NCBI RefSeq assembly: GCF_964355755.1
Contig: NC_092670.1
Coordinates: 17,594,795 to 17,658,794 of the forward strand
Origin: Antedon mediterranea
Lineage: Eukaryota; Animalia; Echinodermata
Direction: 5' to 3'
DNA length: 64,000 nt
Made by a program: the position numbers and the translations under genes
Shown: piece by piece, positions 51,501 through 64,000 of the stretch
How the letters are laid out: every line of letters starts with the position of its first letter
How positions within the stretch are numbered: position 1 is the stretch's first letter
Notes under the pieces: model-generated
What the model was told of the DNA's origin: nothing
The model's database searches: none
Seen by the model: the letters and a program-made list of their open reading frames with translations, nothing else

Positions 51501-54500
51501 CTTTAGCTGTTAGTGTTAAGCTGTAGGCCTGGTGTTAATTATACAGTAGTTGAAAATCAAATTGAATTACTAGCCTACAGTTGCAGCAGTAATGCATTTA
51601 TCACACAAATTAAGCAAATTGAGTATAAATTGTTAAAGAATGATCAAATTACACCTGTTGTTATTTTGCCTGTCTATTTTTACTGCATCACTGCCTTACA
51701 TCAAAAAGATTGCCTCCTGGTACCATGGGTGATGAGGTGAGAGGAGAATAAAATGGAGAAATTCACACCGGAAATTATGATTTACAACTTTTAGTTTATA
51801 CATTACTCTATTCAATCTCAGTCACATTAAAAAAAAAAACACTTTGATTTTACAATTTGAAAAGGATCTGTGTTTTGAAAATTGTGTTTTGTCAAACTAT
51901 TCTGACAAAAGAAATTGATGTGCCCATATATGGTACTGACATGAAGTCATCGTGTCCTTATGTGCATATCACTTTTTATTTGTCGCATAAAGTTTAATAC
52001 TATAGACATAACTTTAGTTACATGTAAGTACAGTATTTTATTCCTGTGATGACCTATTGTAGTATGTTTTTAACTTAGTAATTATTCATGTTATTGTCAC
52101 AAATTGTATGTTTTGATATTTACCTTATCCTGTGGAAAAAAAAACATGTTCCATCCAGATGTAGACTTCCCAGTGATCTTATTAGAGCGTTTGTTTGTTC
52201 CTGCGTAGGTCCAGTTGGTACCTAGTGTACCTAATTAAAAACATTATAAGGCAGAAGATAGGATCATATTAAATTCAACATGTCATTTCACTATTTTTAG
52301 GCCCCTCTCTGTTAAAATCATGGATTCACCACTGGCGTTTTGATTCATTGTATCGTTGCATAATTAGTCTTCGGGTGAAATTCTACATTTGTGATTGATT
52401 CAGCAGTTCCTAAATATAAATTATTAACTAATGTGTTTGATGATAGAGAAACCGTATCAAGTAAAAATACAAACATTGTACAGTATACAGTACAACGTAC
52501 TACTGTATACAATATTGTGAAACTATTGTCTATGGTACAATACCACTTACTGTACAAATACAGAAGCATTGTATTGTGCAATTAAATATCAAGTATGTAC
52601 AAGTATGTACTTGTTCAATTCATTTAGCATTTCATATTACCACTTACTGTATACTAACATTGGACCCACATTAGCATACCAGTTTTAGTACAGGATTGTT
52701 TGTTTTGATAGTTCATGTATAGCACTAGTAGTACTGCATCACTGTCGTTTTCTCAGTATAACTAAAGTTCAATGTTCATCATTTTCAAATTTGTGTAATC
52801 CCATTTGTATTCTACTACTTTGCAGGAACTACATGAGTACATGTAGATCCAGAGGTTCCCACTTCCCCACTTTTTTCAAATCCTGTATTCACATACTGTA
52901 GTGCAGGTCTGTGATACTAGGAACTAATAATATAATAGGAAAAGAAATGATTAATTAATAATAAACATTGAGAAAGTTTTTATCCTAATGCTTTATATAA
53001 GTAGCTCTTTTAATTCCACCTCTTGTGATGTTAAAGTATGTACTGTTACAGTACTGTAATAATACAGCCTGTGTGTATGTTTTACTGAACTGTAATCATT
53101 TTATAATGAACATTTATAAATTATAGAAATTGATAAAAATTAACTATTATTTATTTTTCTTTTATATTACAGTATACCGTACAGTACTGTACAGGTTGTC
53201 AATGTCATTTGAAATGGGCTTTTTTTTTACGTTATACTGTAAATTAATGAAAATAAACCAGCATATTAATTTTTTTTAAATTTTAGCCACCACTTGTACA
53301 AGCTGTGTTCTATGGAGATGCTGATGAGGTTAGAGCCTTGTTGTACAAGAAAGAAGATGTTAATACAGCTGTACGTATAGACATAGTCATTTTGTTTTCA
53401 CTCATTTCCTGCAGTAACTTTATAATAAAGTGTCCATCCATGATAAAAAAAATCTATCAATTTACACAATATTAGTATTTGTACAGTACAGTATGAACTC
53501 CATGTATATTGTACACTTAGTTACTGGTTGTTAGATAAACCAGGGCTGTACAGTACTATAGAAGACCTTAGCACAATGTATCTATTATCAGTATATTGTA
53601 CAGTGTATAGTACAGGTTGGATCTTGATTACTGTACAGTACCTATTTTTTTGTTGCAGGATGTTGAAAGGAGAACCCCTTTGCATGCGGCAGCCTTCCGT
53701 GGCGAGGCTGAAATTGTGGACCTACTCGCCCAAAGTGGTAATAAGAAACAACTTTTTTAGTGTTCAGTAGTACCATGGAGAACTCCATGGTACAGTAGTA
53801 CTTGTAGCAATGTGCATCTAGATTAAATTCTTTGTATTCTTTTTTAAGCAATTGCTATGTGTTATTTAATCATACTGTATCAATTTTAAATATTGATTTT
53901 GAAAGTCTATTCAATTAAAATCAGTTAAATGATGATATTAGTTGTAATTAATCGTCTCATTGTGTATTGAATTAAATAAAGCCAATCAACCACGTTTAAA
54001 TTTTATGGATTTTAAAAGAAATTGAATAAAATTAATGACATGATACTTCCTATGGCAATGCACATGTGTCATATCCTTTGAATAGTACTAATGTCTATAT
54101 CTAGTAATTGTAATTGGCCAAAGAATGAAAATTGAATCAAATGTGTGAATACAGAAATTATTCAGTCAACAAATTCTTTCCTCACCATACTGTGAACATA
54201 CAGTAGTACTGTATACAGTAATTCTATATTAAGAAGCTTTGCTGTTTCGGCAATGGGTGTGTGACCTACTGTATGACCTATCCCAGCTACCTTGAAATAA
54301 GAAACATTTCCATTATTTATACACGTTAAAACGTCTCTGTCAACCCTTAGGTATTTTTCAATTGATAGCTTTAATAGTAAATCCAGATACTCAAACATCA
54401 TATTAATCATTAATGAGGGAAAATTCACTAAATATTGCAAGAAATAGTTGATCTTGCATCTTAAATATTACAGATATTTATAAATGTATAAATGTGTCAT

Positions 54501-57500
54501 TTTTAAATGATATAATGATAAGTTCAAAGAATAAAAAATATTCCTTACTGTAGAGAGAAAGAGCATTGAAGGAAAAGCTATTAAAAAAAACTGATGGATT
54601 GTAATGTATACTGTAGCTTTACTTGGATAAATCTTCTTTATTGAAAATATATGTGTATATCTATATGAAAAAAAAGAAGAAATGAAAATAAATTTTGAAA
54701 AGAAACTTGGAACTTGCTATCAATCAAAATCTTTTAATTGTCTGAAAATGAATTTGTGTATGTTAAAACATTTGTTTTATTATTTTGCTATAGGTGCAAG
54801 AGTTAACACAAAAGATAGTCGATGGCTAACTCCACTTCACCGTGCAGTAGCGTCTAAGAGCTATGTAAGTGGTTTACCAACCAAGTCAATCTAACAACAG
54901 GACACTGAGCTCGCCTTGCCGTGATGAACTTGTAACAGTCCTTTGATCTTATCTCTGGCTGTGACAAATACCAACAGTACTGCACTATACGTACATATTC
55001 TCTTCTGTTTAGGGGCTTGAAACTGATCATGTCACAGCCACAAATAAACCCTTTGATCTCAAGAGTTCAGCATCCTCTTGTTAGATTGTCCTGCCTAAGG
55101 ATACTCTATAATAATTATGTAGAGTTTGATTTGCTGGTAGTAGTACTGTACCTACAGTACAGGTAGGACTACTGGTAATTCATTGTGAGAATACGGTGAC
55201 ATTGGGACATACTGCCTCACTTGATTTCCATTTTTTTGGATTCTAGGTCCAGAAGACCAACAACACAGTGTATGCATAGGTGCCTACATCATCGCAAATC
55301 ATCGGCTCTTTTACATATTAACCTCAACCTTTAATATACTTATCCACTATCCCACCAAGTTGGAAAAACCCAATTTGGTTTTGGTATGTATTCATTTTGT
55401 TTGTGGTGAATTTCAGGAATCGGTGAAAATGCTGCTGAAGCATTCTGCTGACGTGAACGCGAGGGATAAGAATTGGCAGACACCGCTTCACGTGGCTGCT
55501 GCTCACAATGCCGTCAACATCGCAGAACTTCTCGTTCCCAACCTTTCAACAGTGAACGTTGCAGACAGAGCTGGACGCACTAGTTTACATCATGCAGCAT
55601 TCAACGGTCATGTTGAGGTAAAATAAAATATTTTTATAATAATTCCACTGAAAAATTAATTTCAAAAAAACTAAATACATTTATTCATATGCCATTGGAG
55701 CCAATGAACAACAGTGAGACACATTCTATGAACAGCCGACACTTTGCTATTACTGTTGTAATTACATATCAACTTTTTCAAAATAGTCTGAATAGAATGA
55801 ATTGCAAGGAATAAACATTTTTTGAATTTTTTGTATTGATCTTACTTCTTAGCATGTATTTTATGTAGCATGTATTATACTATATAATAATAGTTATTAC
55901 TGCCAACATATTTGCCAAGTTTGATAATAATATTTTTATTGCTAATTAAAATAAATTACAAATATTGATTTTGAACTGTCCTGTCTTAACCTGAACTTCT
56001 TAATTGATCGAATCATTCATTATGTTATCTACAGTAGACTGTCCACTAATAATATGCTAATATCCTGTAGCTCATCCTGCATGTAAGCGGGCTAAGTGAA
56101 TCTATTAATAGATAGGCTTAGTTTTCTTTCAAAGTGATCAACAAGATTAATCACTTTTTGATGATAACCTGACAGGCAGGTAGTGCACTGTAGTATTCAC
56201 ATTAAGGCAGAATATGAATCGGCTGTAAATAGTTTAATTTGTATGACCAAGGGTTATAGGCATAATTAACAAGCGCAAACAACATTTTTACTTCTTACAT
56301 GTATACAGTACCACTGCTTGTGCAACTAAAGACAGTACTCAAAGTTTGGCTAGCAAAGAGTAGAGGCTAACTGTAGACTATACAGACTAGAATGTTTCCT
56401 TTACCAGTACAAATTGCAATAACCACAATATGCATATTAAGCATGCTCTTCTACATGGTTAAATGGTTGAATTTTAAGCTGATTTCACATAATACAGTAT
56501 CATTGTGTAAGATATTATTCGTCCTATGATCATCTCTGGCCACCCTTCACCCAAAATATTTTGAAATAAGTTAATTTTACACAACCTAATGCAAATAACA
56601 TAAGCATAAGTAACATAAATAAAACTTCTTTAATTCATTTTATTATGCTTGTGTTTGTAAAAATAACAACATCATTTTTGAGTCAAGAAACATAGTTTTC
56701 TATTGTAGTATTTTTTGCTAAGCAATTTTAGAAATGTATAGCATTAGTAATAAGGTTGTTTTGTATAGCTTTTTGCTATGCTACACTGGCGAAATTATTC
56801 ACTGATTTCTACAATCTGTTTCTAAACAAGGTTATAAAACTTGTTTTTAAGATCATGTTGACATTTCTCAGCTTTGTTGACTTGTAATGTTTCACACATT
56901 CTAGTTCTCATATTTTTTTTATTCATGTTTTTTAGATGTTTGCAATCCGTGTTTTAGGTTTTATTAGGTCACTGTTCAACTGTAGAATTTAGATAGTAAA
57001 GTTTAATTACCTACTATTTCAGACATTTAGTTTTGTGTAATGTTATATTTATTTAAGAATATTTTCTAAATATAGTTTTTCCCTTTTACTTATTTGGCAG
57101 TAATTATTGAAAACCAAAAATCTTACTGTGATTATCATCGTCCATATTAACCTTAAACCAAATAGAAATGTAAATAAGTATCACATCAGAAGACTGTTTC
57201 ATAATGTTGGTCAGCAAACTAAATTCAGATTTAAATTTTATAATATGAAATTTATAGGATATTAATTACTGTAAATATTTTAGCAACAGTATTTCATCAG
57301 CATTATAATATGTTTGCATACAATGTGATATTTTTTTAATTTTGGCAACACTATTTCATCAGCATTATAATATGTTTGAATACAATGTGATAATTATGGA
57401 ACAGAACTCAGAGCCTTAGCATGGGGTATTTAGTAGCTGAAGTAAATGAATATTCTTACTCATTAAGTTTATGATGTACTGTATCTATTAATATATAATG

Positions 57501-60500
57501 TCTTTTGTAATTGTAGATGGTGAAACTATTAATAGAAAAAGGTGCAACGGTGAATGCACAAGATAAAAAGGAGAGACGACCCGTACACTGGGCTGCCTTT
57601 ATGGGTAATTAAAAATGATTGGATCTTTGATATAAAAATGGAATGAATTTCTTGTTAGAACGTTCCAAAGTTCTTTTTACAGTAAATAAATGGATCTAAA
57701 TCTTTCCCCTGATCTTTGTTTAAACTATCCAATTCAAAAATGTATATGAGCCTAGTACCTGGACGAAGATGGCTTTAGAACTGAGGAAATCCCACATTTG
57801 AAAGATGGGGGAAAAAATGGGGAAAAAAATGGTTTTATGACATCATCCTTTCCTCTTCCTATCTCTTCCCAACATTCTCCTGTCATTGTTTTTTAAAGTG
57901 ATTATCTTGGGATGAGATGTTAGAATAATTATGTACAGTACATGTACAAGACATGAACACTGATATTTAGTTTTGTTTTTACTTTTGTTTCATCAGGGCA
58001 TGTTGAGGTGATAAAAGTATTGTTTGATTATGATGCAGATATACTATGTCGTGACAAAAACATGTACACGCCCTTACACGCCGCGGCTGCCAGCAGCCAG
58101 GTCGGTGTCGTACAACTACTTCTAACTCTTGGTGCAAAGGTAACTGCAGTTTTAAATTCTATTATTTTTATTACATTATCTTATAACCTTATCTGGGTAG
58201 ACCCTTAAAAAAGTTGTACACTATATGTTCCATTTTACAATTATTATTAATAATATTTAATCATACAGTAGACTGAATGGATTATTCAATCCAGGAAGGA
58301 ATGGGCACACCCTTTAGAAAAAAAAAACTGGATTTATTTCCTGTTGCATAAAAAGTAAAATCATGTGTGTGTGTGTTAAGTTGTTTAAAGCTCTGTCTAC
58401 ACTATCAAACTAGTTTCATTAAAAAAGTGTGATGTGCCCAAATATGGTAGTGATATGCTTAAATATGATAGTGATATGACATCATCACGACGATATATGG
58501 GCATATCACATTTATTTGGTCACATAAAGTTTGATAGTGTAGACATAGCTTTAAAATAAAATATTGATCCACATTTTATGGAAATAAATTGCAAATTAGT
58601 TGAACACAATATTTCAATTTTTAATAAATTTATTGTTTCCGGTATAAACAACATATGCGATTCTTAATTAAGATGCCTGATTCCATAGAGTAGCTACAAA
58701 AGGCCAACTCGGACAACGTCGATGTTACAATGAGTTAAATGGAGAAGAACTGTATTTTCAACCAAATAAAATAATGTTTTAGATTGGAATGTCATTGTTC
58801 TCAGGCCTAAGGTTATTTCACACCTGCTCTGGTCTGGCTCCAGTTCAGGTTTGCATCAGATTACGCGTACAGGATTAACAACTTTTCTTTCTAACAATGC
58901 GTCATGCAGCTATGTGCTTATCGAGTAAAAGGATTGATGCAAAGCCATGTTTAGCAACGTGAAATAAAAAAATCACTGAGGTACGATTTTATTTGCCGGA
59001 GCGGAGTAGGTGTGAAAGAAACCTCAATGCAGTCATATTTGGTATTTACCATTCCAGATTTATTGCTAACATCATGACTTTATTATTTTATAGTCTTAAC
59101 AAGTTAGTTACCATTATTTATTTACTAATCTTAGGTGGATACCACTAATATCCATGGCAACACACCGATGCATATTGCATGTTTAAATGGTAACAACCCG
59201 GTAGTACATGAACTTCTATGCTGCAATGCTTCCATCACAACGACCAACCACAAAGGCCAAGTGAGCATCATTTATTTTTACCCAATACATGAGCGGTAAC
59301 ATGCCTAGCGCCAATAAAATTCCTACAGTATTGTGCCTCCTGACAGAAAACTTCATCCCATATGAGATACTGTAGTATAGTGAGAAATTATTTTGAGGGT
59401 CCGGATATGTTTGTATTTAATTGCTATGGTATGGCCTGTTGCTGTCAGTAGATACAATACTGCAGGAGTGTTTATCCTCGCTAGACATGATACCATATGT
59501 AAATCTGCTGTTATTTTTACCTTTTTTAGTGTTATGATAATTATTTAGAATTACAAATTCTCCTATATATTTTCACTTACATGTTTGTTTTCTTTTTAAT
59601 TTTTATCATTTACTTTGTTGTCATTTTTTTAACAAATATTTTCAACCCTCTCAATCTCATTAATGTTGATGCGGTTTATCATTATTATTACTAACAATAA
59701 AGGCTATTTTTAATTTATTATTACAATACTCAAGTTGTTTCAATAATAGAAGTAGTATAATTTAAAAAAATGTTGATTACCATTTTTACATTACCACCAT
59801 TATCACAATTTGAGGAAAGGTGAGTTTCTGGTTCAGTTCGAAATTGATTACCCAATAGGCAAAGGCATGGAACATTTTCAACAATGTCGTGACAAAAAAC
59901 TACATCAAGTACCTTATTGCTACATATTGATGAAATGGTATAGCAAAATATGTAGTACAAAATTATGTTAGATTATCAGTTACTTCTAAAATGAAAGTGT
60001 GTGCTTAAAACTATACATATATTTTCTTTTCTTTCTTTATTTTGCTAGACACCTTTGCATCTTGCAGCGGCATCTCCTCATGGTGCTGTGTGTCTTGAGC
60101 TACTCGTCAGCAAAGGTGCAGTCACTACAGCACAATGTAAAGACGGACGTACACCTCTACACATGACAGCCTTGCAGGGAAGATACACACGCTCCCAAAC
60201 ACTGATACAACATGGTAAGTTTTTTAAGTTTTATCCTGCTGCAGATACTGCAGTAGCGTCATTGTCTACTGCAGTGATTATAGTAATGGTATGTAAATCA
60301 TTATGAACTATTTTGTGTTCTCTCACAAACCTCAACTGCTGTAATTTTCACCCTCAATGTTTCTCAAAATGTGTAGAGTTCACAAATGTGTAACTAACAA
60401 ACCGATGACTTAATTATTTTTCCCAATCAGCCAGTAAAGTTTACTTAAAGATGTATTGTCCCCCTGAAAAAATAACTTTTTAACATTTTTTTTTTTAATA

Positions 60501-63396
60501 TACTATACATAATAGCTATTCATTTTTAGCAAGAATTGGATCGAAAAAAAAAAATATTTACCTTAAAAATCTTAAATTTAAAGCAAATTGGTTTTTGGCT
60601 AAATGTAACTGTTTATTTTGGCTTTTTATAATTGAAAACAATATTTGTTTGCATTTTTTTTCTATGAAAGTGATTTAACTTTATTAAAGCTGCAAAATGG
60701 GCTACAGTATTCAAAGTCTGATTTTATTAATTTCATGATTTTTTGGGACAATACATCTTTAATGTGCTTACTTTACAGTACATTCATACCACACCTGCTT
60801 GTTGGTCAAAATAGGACACTTATTAATACTGTTAGAGTTGTCTATGAATAGGGGTTGACTGTACATATAGTACCCCTCATTAATTTCATGGAAAAGTATT
60901 CCCTTTGTAAGGGTGTGCCCTAAATAGGGGTGTACCAAAGGGTTGTACTGCACAGTAGAACACCCAACAAAGTTTCCGCTTGTTAAATAGAGGTTGGCTG
61001 TAGTGTTAAAACATATATTGCCACTCATTCATTTCATGGGTGTGTCCCCTGAATAGGAGTGTTCCCTGAATAGGTGTGTCCCAAAGGAGGGCTGTACTGT
61101 ATTTTATAAAAACAAATGTTAGCAATATTGTAGCAAGCATTCAGTATTTGATATGTGTTTCATGTTTCTGCTTCAAAGCCATTCAGATACTCATAGACAA
61201 TGGTGAGTAAGGAGAGTTTGATAGTTTATTATACCCCTGTCACGGTAAACTTACATCATGCAAATGCGCCCTTTTGTTTTTAATGCTTGATTCACCCTCA
61301 AAAGCTTTAATTAATTATCTGCAACATTATTATATAAAATTTATTTATGTTATACAATTTATTATATTTCTATCAACTCTCCCAATACCGGTCAATCCAG
61401 AAAGTCAAAATTTTTTCAAAATTTTTTCCACTAAGTAAATCATTCTGAATATTCTTGAAACAAGACTAATATTATGGCATAGCCTAAGGTTGTCCAGACA
61501 TTTTAGACTAGTCTAAGGTGGTCCAGATATTTTGGACTAGCCTAAGGTAGTCCAGACATTTTGGACCAGCCTAAGGTAGTTCAGAAATGTTAAGCCCAAA
61601 CTTGCCCGGTTTTGAGAGAGGTGATTGCAGTTCATTTATTTTTTACTTTTTAATATTTTTCGATATATATTCTTTACTTTCATATTTGATGTTACCTCAT
61701 TATATATATTTACTTTTGTTTTCTTGTTAAAATTATTATTTTTACCATCGTAATCTGATAGATGCACCTAATTATAATCTTGCTTTAGCTTTTAATATAA
61801 TATTTTTTTTATTAATTCAAATTATTTCAAATATTATACTTCTGTAAATAGCAGATAACTATAAGAAACGATTTTAATAGTAATAAGTTTCATTTAGAAC
61901 ATTCTTTTTTCTATTATTAAATATTTTTTTACGTTTAATACTATTAATTCAATAATTGATTGTTTATTTGAATATTCCTTTTTCTTAATTTACTGTTAGT
62001 AGTATCAATGAGGTACATGTAATAAAAATAAAAATTTATAATGAAATTGACCACTGAGACATCAAAGCAAGTTCTAACATTTCATATATAGGAATCCTAT
62101 AGCTGTAAACACAATTTTATATTTTTAACAACATTTAAGCATTAATATAAAGCCACCAGAGAGTGGTTAAGACAAAGATGAGTATGGGGTTACCCTGATG
62201 AACAATTCATATAGCGAGAAAGAATGCCTTAATTGTGTCAGCACTGACATGATATGATGCTTTATGAGAGAAGAATGTAGTTGAAAAGTGTAAAGCCTTG
62301 TCTACACTATCAAACTTTACTGTATGTGACAAAAACAGATGATGTGCCTACATATGGACATGATGATGTCATCACCACCATATGAATATTACTACCATAT
62401 TTAGGCACATCACACTTTTGTCAAATTAGTTTGATAGTGTAGACAGAGCTTAACATGAACAATGATCGTTGCAATCACTCAATACAAATAGAAATTATCA
62501 TTAATTAGGTTAAAACATTAATGACTCATTATTTATTGTTGTTTTCTAGAGCATCAATTAGACTTTTTTTTATTTCTTATGCAGTAGATCATAGTAGACC
62601 TATTCATTAAGCAGAAAAGTTACTGTAGTATGTGATCATTTTCTTTCCCCAATGAATATTATCTTGCCTTGAATCATTTTTGTGGTCCATTTCCAGATTT
62701 CACTTCATTGTAAGACTGACCATACCATAATACTGTACTATATTTGCAAATTCATAGATTATATTTTTTAATATATCCAGTAGAAATACCAAGTATTTAT
62801 TTAAATGTACCGTAATTAAATCTGGGGGGGGGGGGGGGTTGGCCTGATTCGGACACAGGAATTGTGTATTGAAAAACATGATTCTGACAAATAGACCATT
62901 TTAGATAAAATTGTATTTTTTAATATCTGTTCCTTTATCATTAAATTACATTTGTGTGTTAAAAATGGTTAAATTGAGTTGTTAGATTAATCCATTATTT
63001 TACAGGGGCCATAGTAGATTGTCCTGATCAGCGAGGTAGTACAGCTTTACATCTTGCTGCACAGTATGGCCATGAACAGCTTTTGGTTACCCTGCTAGCA
63101 AATGGAGCTAATCCAAAAAGGTAATGTCTGCAGATAACATTTCATTTGGGAATTTTGTTGATTAAAATGACATGCATAGTATCTTAAACTTTGATAGTTT
63201 GTATAATTTAATAAAATAGGTATTTAGATGAATGTATGTAGTTCTTACCAAATAAATTGATTTAGTTTGACTAGTATATAGAATTTTTTAACATTTATTC
63301 TTTTAAATTTTAGATGTGGTGTAAATGGTATGCTGCCTCTCCATCTAGCAAGTTTAAATGGTTATGTTGAATGTTGTAGGCGTTTGTTAGAGGCAG
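48558..63396 (+). CDS. PP6 regulatory ankyrin repeat subunit (ANKRD28/44/52 co-ortholog), 3'-partial. Exons: 48558-48584, 53287-53370, 53659-53737, 54794-54864, 55417-55617, 57517-57604, 57997-58139, 59135-59260, 60049-60214, 63006-63120, 63314-63396
   Basis: MVIQQLCQE|[106 protein letters not shown], closely matching the family. The 9-codon first exon is inferred from the short N-terminal exon of vertebrate paralogs. Confidence 0.92.
49276..49450. mobile_element. Small TIR element (CAGGG...CCCTG ends); partial copy at ~56675-56803
   Basis: CAGGGGAAAATTTC / GAAATTATTCCCTG ends; ~125 bp shared with the second locus. Confidence 0.55.
58389..58550. mobile_element. PIF/Harbinger-like MITE, same family as 42672
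   Basis: 23 bp TIR AGCTCTGTCTACACTATCAAACT with TWA flanks. Another decayed copy at ~51895-52015. Confidence 0.8.
60449..60758. mobile_element. Kolobok-like MITE
   Basis: TTAA|AGATGTATTGTCCC ... GGGACAATACATCT|TTAA: perfect 14 bp TIR, TTAA TSD, AG..CT termini. Confidence 0.8.
60776..61099. mobile_element. Decayed Tc1/mariner-like MITE
   Basis: TA|CAGTAC ... GTACTG|TA ends with internal repeated GTGT.CCC.AATAGG motifs. May be two fused copies. Confidence 0.45.
61480..61585. repeat. 29 bp minisatellite, ~3.7 copies
   Basis: Unit TAGCCTAAGGTNGTCCAGACATTTTGGAC. Confidence 0.85.
62294..62450. mobile_element. PIF/Harbinger-like MITE, same family as 42672
   Basis: TIR GTCTACACTATCAAACT / AGTTTGATAGTGTAGACAGAGCT, TAA/TAA TSD. 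Confidence 0.8.
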
Positions 63397-64000
63397 GTAA
63401 GTCTATTCAGGTTCATATCGAGTAAAAAAAAAAGGTAAGGTTTGGTATATGGTATTTAGAAAATCTCATACAGTATTATATTCCATCTATTGCAGTGTTA
63501 CAGTCACAGTACTCCTCCAATTATAACCACTTTTGCCCACCATACACAAAATAACTCTTGTAGTTATAATCCAATTTGAGTGTCTTGCATTCTAATGGTA
63601 TGACACCATCACTACCAAATGTAGTCAAGAATGTATGTTCAGGATTTATATAGATAATAACATATAATGTATATTGTTTTTTATGGTCTACATGGCTTTA
63701 CTGGTGTTTATCATAATAACAAATGAAAAATAAACAATAACATTTTGTATATTCTAAACGTTAATGAAAGATTTGCTATTTTTTCCATTAATTTATTTAC
63801 ATTTCGCACTGCTTCATTTGTTAATCGCATCAAAAATGTTTCACAATCTTTCGTAAATAATCTTAAAAAAGCTTACGCAAATACTAATATTCACAAGGAA
63901 TGCTCAACCATTTAAAAGCATGTTTTATAACTTTTTATATACATACTTAAACTGGGAAGATGTTTATTAAGAGGATAATAATAATATCTTCATGTATGAC

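Overview
AT-rich, intron-rich animal genomic DNA, probably a marine invertebrate deuterostome (inferred from gene structure and repeat content, not proven). Four spliced genes were reconstructed by hand: AF10/MLLT10 (+, 14 coding exons), DNAJC1/MTJ1 (-, 9 exons), COASY (-, 8 coding exons) and a PP6 ankyrin-repeat subunit of the ANKRD28/44/52 family (+, runs off the right end). Between the convergent MLLT10 and DNAJC1 lies a ~16 kb head-to-tail array of ~85 tRNA-Phe genes and pseudogenes. The array has a 740 bp higher-order repeat, a 5.7 kb block duplication, one SINE-disrupted copy and a lineage with an AAA anticodon. Mobile DNA includes an internally deleted Sola3 transposon with ~600 bp TIRs in an MLLT10 intron, two Nin/Deu-domain SINEs with different tails, nested Harbinger-like MITEs and a Kolobok-like MITE. 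Less obvious signals are a candidate 24-nt microexon, a dense field of TACAGTA/TACTGTA motifs, TAGGCCTA clusters near first exons, and a possible unannotated antisense first exon at ~17.7 kb. All coordinates and counts were read by eye.
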